DNA of 840 nucleotides from Escherichia coli (GTDB lineage Bacteria; Pseudomonadota; Gammaproteobacteria; Enterobacterales; Enterobacteriaceae): NCBI RefSeq assembly GCF_003334305.1, contig NZ_QOWS01000069.1; one strand, 5' to 3'. Shown piece by piece: positions 1 to 840 of this stretch (position 1 is its first letter; each line of letters starts with the position of its first letter). The notes under the pieces were generated by a model. It saw only the letters and a program-made list of their open reading frames with translations, ran no database searches and was not told where the DNA came from. The position numbers and the translations under genes were made by a program.

Positions 1-651
1 GATTACGATTTCCTGTGCCGGATGGCGGCGGAGGAAGGCATCTTCTTTTATGAGGAGCACGCGCAAAAAAGTACCGACCAGAGCCTGGTCCTGTGCGACA
101 CCGTGCGTTATCTGCCGGAGTCCTTTGAGATCCCCTGGAATCCGAACACCCGTACCGAGGTGAGCACCCTCTGCATCAGCCAGTTCCGCTACAGCGCACA
201 AATCCGCCCTTCTTCCGTGGTGACCAAGGACTACACCTTTAAACGACCCGGCTGGCCAGGGCGTTTTGATCAGGAAGGCCAGTACCAGGATTACCAGCGC
301 ACGCAGTATGAAGTGTATGACTACCCCGGACGTTTCAAGGGTGCCCACGGGCAGAACTTTGCCCGCTGGCAGATGGACGGCTGGCGAAACAACGCAGAAG
401 TGGCGCGCGGAACAAGCCGTTCGCCGGAGATATGGCCGGGACGGCGAATTGTGCTGACGGGGCATCCGCAGGCGAACCTGAACCGGGAATGGCAGGTGGT
501 GGCAAGTGAACTGCACGGCGAACAGCCACAGGCGGTGCCAGGACGGCAGGGAGCGGGGACGGCGCTGGAGAACCATTTTGCGGTGATCCCGGCAGACAGA
601 ACATGGCGACCACAGCCGTTGCTGAAACCGCTGGTCGACGGCCCGCAGAGC
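1..651 (+). other. C-terminal portion of the gp27-like hub domain of VgrG (phage late control D / Phage_GPD-like region), with linker
   Basis: Frame 1 translation of this segment contains DYDFLCRMAAEEGIFFYEEH, YTFKRPGWPGRFDQEGQYQDYQRTQYEVYDYPGRFKG and NREWQVVASELHGEQPQ. I recognise these as matching the conserved N-terminal two-thirds of enterobacterial VgrG. The domain boundary is placed by eye, not by profile alignment. Confidence 0.6.
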
Positions 652-840
652 GCTGTCGTGACAGGACCGGCAGGCGAGGAAATCTTCTGCGACGAACATG
701 GTCGCGTGCGGGTGAAGTTCAACTGGGACCGTTATAACCCGTCAAACCAGGACAGTTCGTGCTGGATCCGTGTGGCACAGGCGTGGGCAGGCACCGGTTT
801 TGGCCACCTGGCGATACCGCGTGTGGGTCAGGAGGTGATT
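1..840 (+). CDS. vgrG: Type VI secretion system spike protein VgrG (TssI), internal fragment; partial at both 5' and 3' ends
   Basis: Seen in sequence: frame 1 is open for all 280 codons with no stop, and it continues past both window edges, which is why it is missing from the ORF track. Translation begins DYDFLCRMAAEEGIFFYEEHAQKSTDQSLVLCDTVRYLPESFEIPWNPNTRTEV and ends VVTGPAGEEIFCDEHGRVRVKFNWDRYNPSNQDSSCWIRVAQAWAGTGFGHLAIPRVGQEVI. Established knowledge, recalled from memory and not searched: the DYDFL.R.A.EEGI motif is typical of the phage late-control-D/gp27-like part of VgrG, and G.V.V.F.WDR ... SCWIRVAQ ... G...PR.GQEV is the conserved gp5-like OB-fold signature. Codon usage and GC-rich third positions fit an enterobacterial coding region. 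Confidence 0.88.
652..840 (+). other. Start of the gp5-like OB-fold domain of VgrG (Phage_base_V-like), continuing past the 3' window edge
   Basis: Frame 1 translation AVVTGPAGEEIFCDEHGRVRVKFNWDRYNPSNQDSSCWIRVAQAWAGTGFGHLAIPRVGQEVI. The GRV.V.F.WDR and SCWIRVAQ..AG..FG....PR.GQEV pattern is the hallmark of the gp5 N-terminal OB-fold in VgrG and phage baseplate spike proteins. The boundary is approximate. Confidence 0.65.

Noticed and set aside
22-24. In-frame ATG (Met in ...LCRMAAEEG...) as a possible start codon of the CDS
   Set aside because: Conserved VgrG sequence (DYDFLCR) is already present upstream of it in the same frame, and this motif sits well inside full-length VgrG proteins. The true start is upstream of the window.
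31-52. Shine-Dalgarno-like GAGGAAGG (31-38) followed by ATG at 50-52
   Set aside because: The purine-rich stretch simply encodes the conserved EEG of the VgrG motif in frame 1. The ATG is in frame 2 and meets a stop after about 36 codons. It is not a credible internal start.
65-70. A6 homopolymer run within the coding sequence
   Set aside because: It is too short to be a convincing slipped-strand or phase-variation tract, and it reads in frame as Gln-Lys.
266-457. ORF-track + strand ORF, 63 aa (MIRKASTRITSARSMKCMTTPDVSRVPTGRTLPAGRWTAGETTQKWRAEQAVRRRYGRDGELC)
   Set aside because: It is in frame 2, fully nested inside the frame 1 vgrG reading frame. It has an Arg/Thr-rich low-complexity composition and no recognisable motif, so it is most likely a chance ORF.
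335-613. ORF-track antisense ORF, 92 aa
   Set aside because: Same reasoning: a Pro/Ala/Ser-rich antisense artefact nested within vgrG. It overlaps the other antisense ORF in a different frame, which further suggests neither is real.
321-722. ORF-track antisense ORF, 133 aa
   Set aside because: Antisense to the conserved VgrG coding sequence. Its Cys/Pro/Ser/Arg/Gly-rich composition is typical of reverse-complement reading of GC-rich codons, and it shows no recognisable domain.
1-840. Looked for tRNA/rRNA, CRISPR repeats, IS inverted repeats, promoters and rho-independent terminators
   Set aside because: The window has continuous coding periodicity throughout. I saw no direct-repeat array, no terminal inverted repeats, and no stem-loop plus T-tract. 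Short palindromes such as GTCGAC (634-639), GGATCC (764-769) and GCGCGC (405-410) are expected by chance in GC-rich coding sequence.

Overview
The whole 840-bp window is an internal fragment of a single + strand gene read in frame 1 (codons at 1-3, 4-6, ...), open across all 280 codons and running off both edges. Its translation (DYDFLCRMAAEEGIFFYEEH ... GPAGEEIFCDEHGRVRVKFNWDRYNPSNQDSSCWIRVAQAWAGTGFGHLAIPRVGQEVI) is recognisable as a VgrG/TssI type VI secretion spike protein of the enterobacterial type. The window spans the C-terminal part of the phage gp27-like hub domain and the start of the gp5-like OB-fold domain. The three ORFs in the supplied track (one + strand frame 2, two antisense) lie inside this gene and are most likely chance open frames in GC-rich coding DNA. 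No RNA genes, CRISPR repeats, mobile-element ends, promoters or terminators are discernible. Nothing here is a novel system: the variable C-terminus of VgrG and the downstream cargo genes, where novelty would sit, are outside the window.
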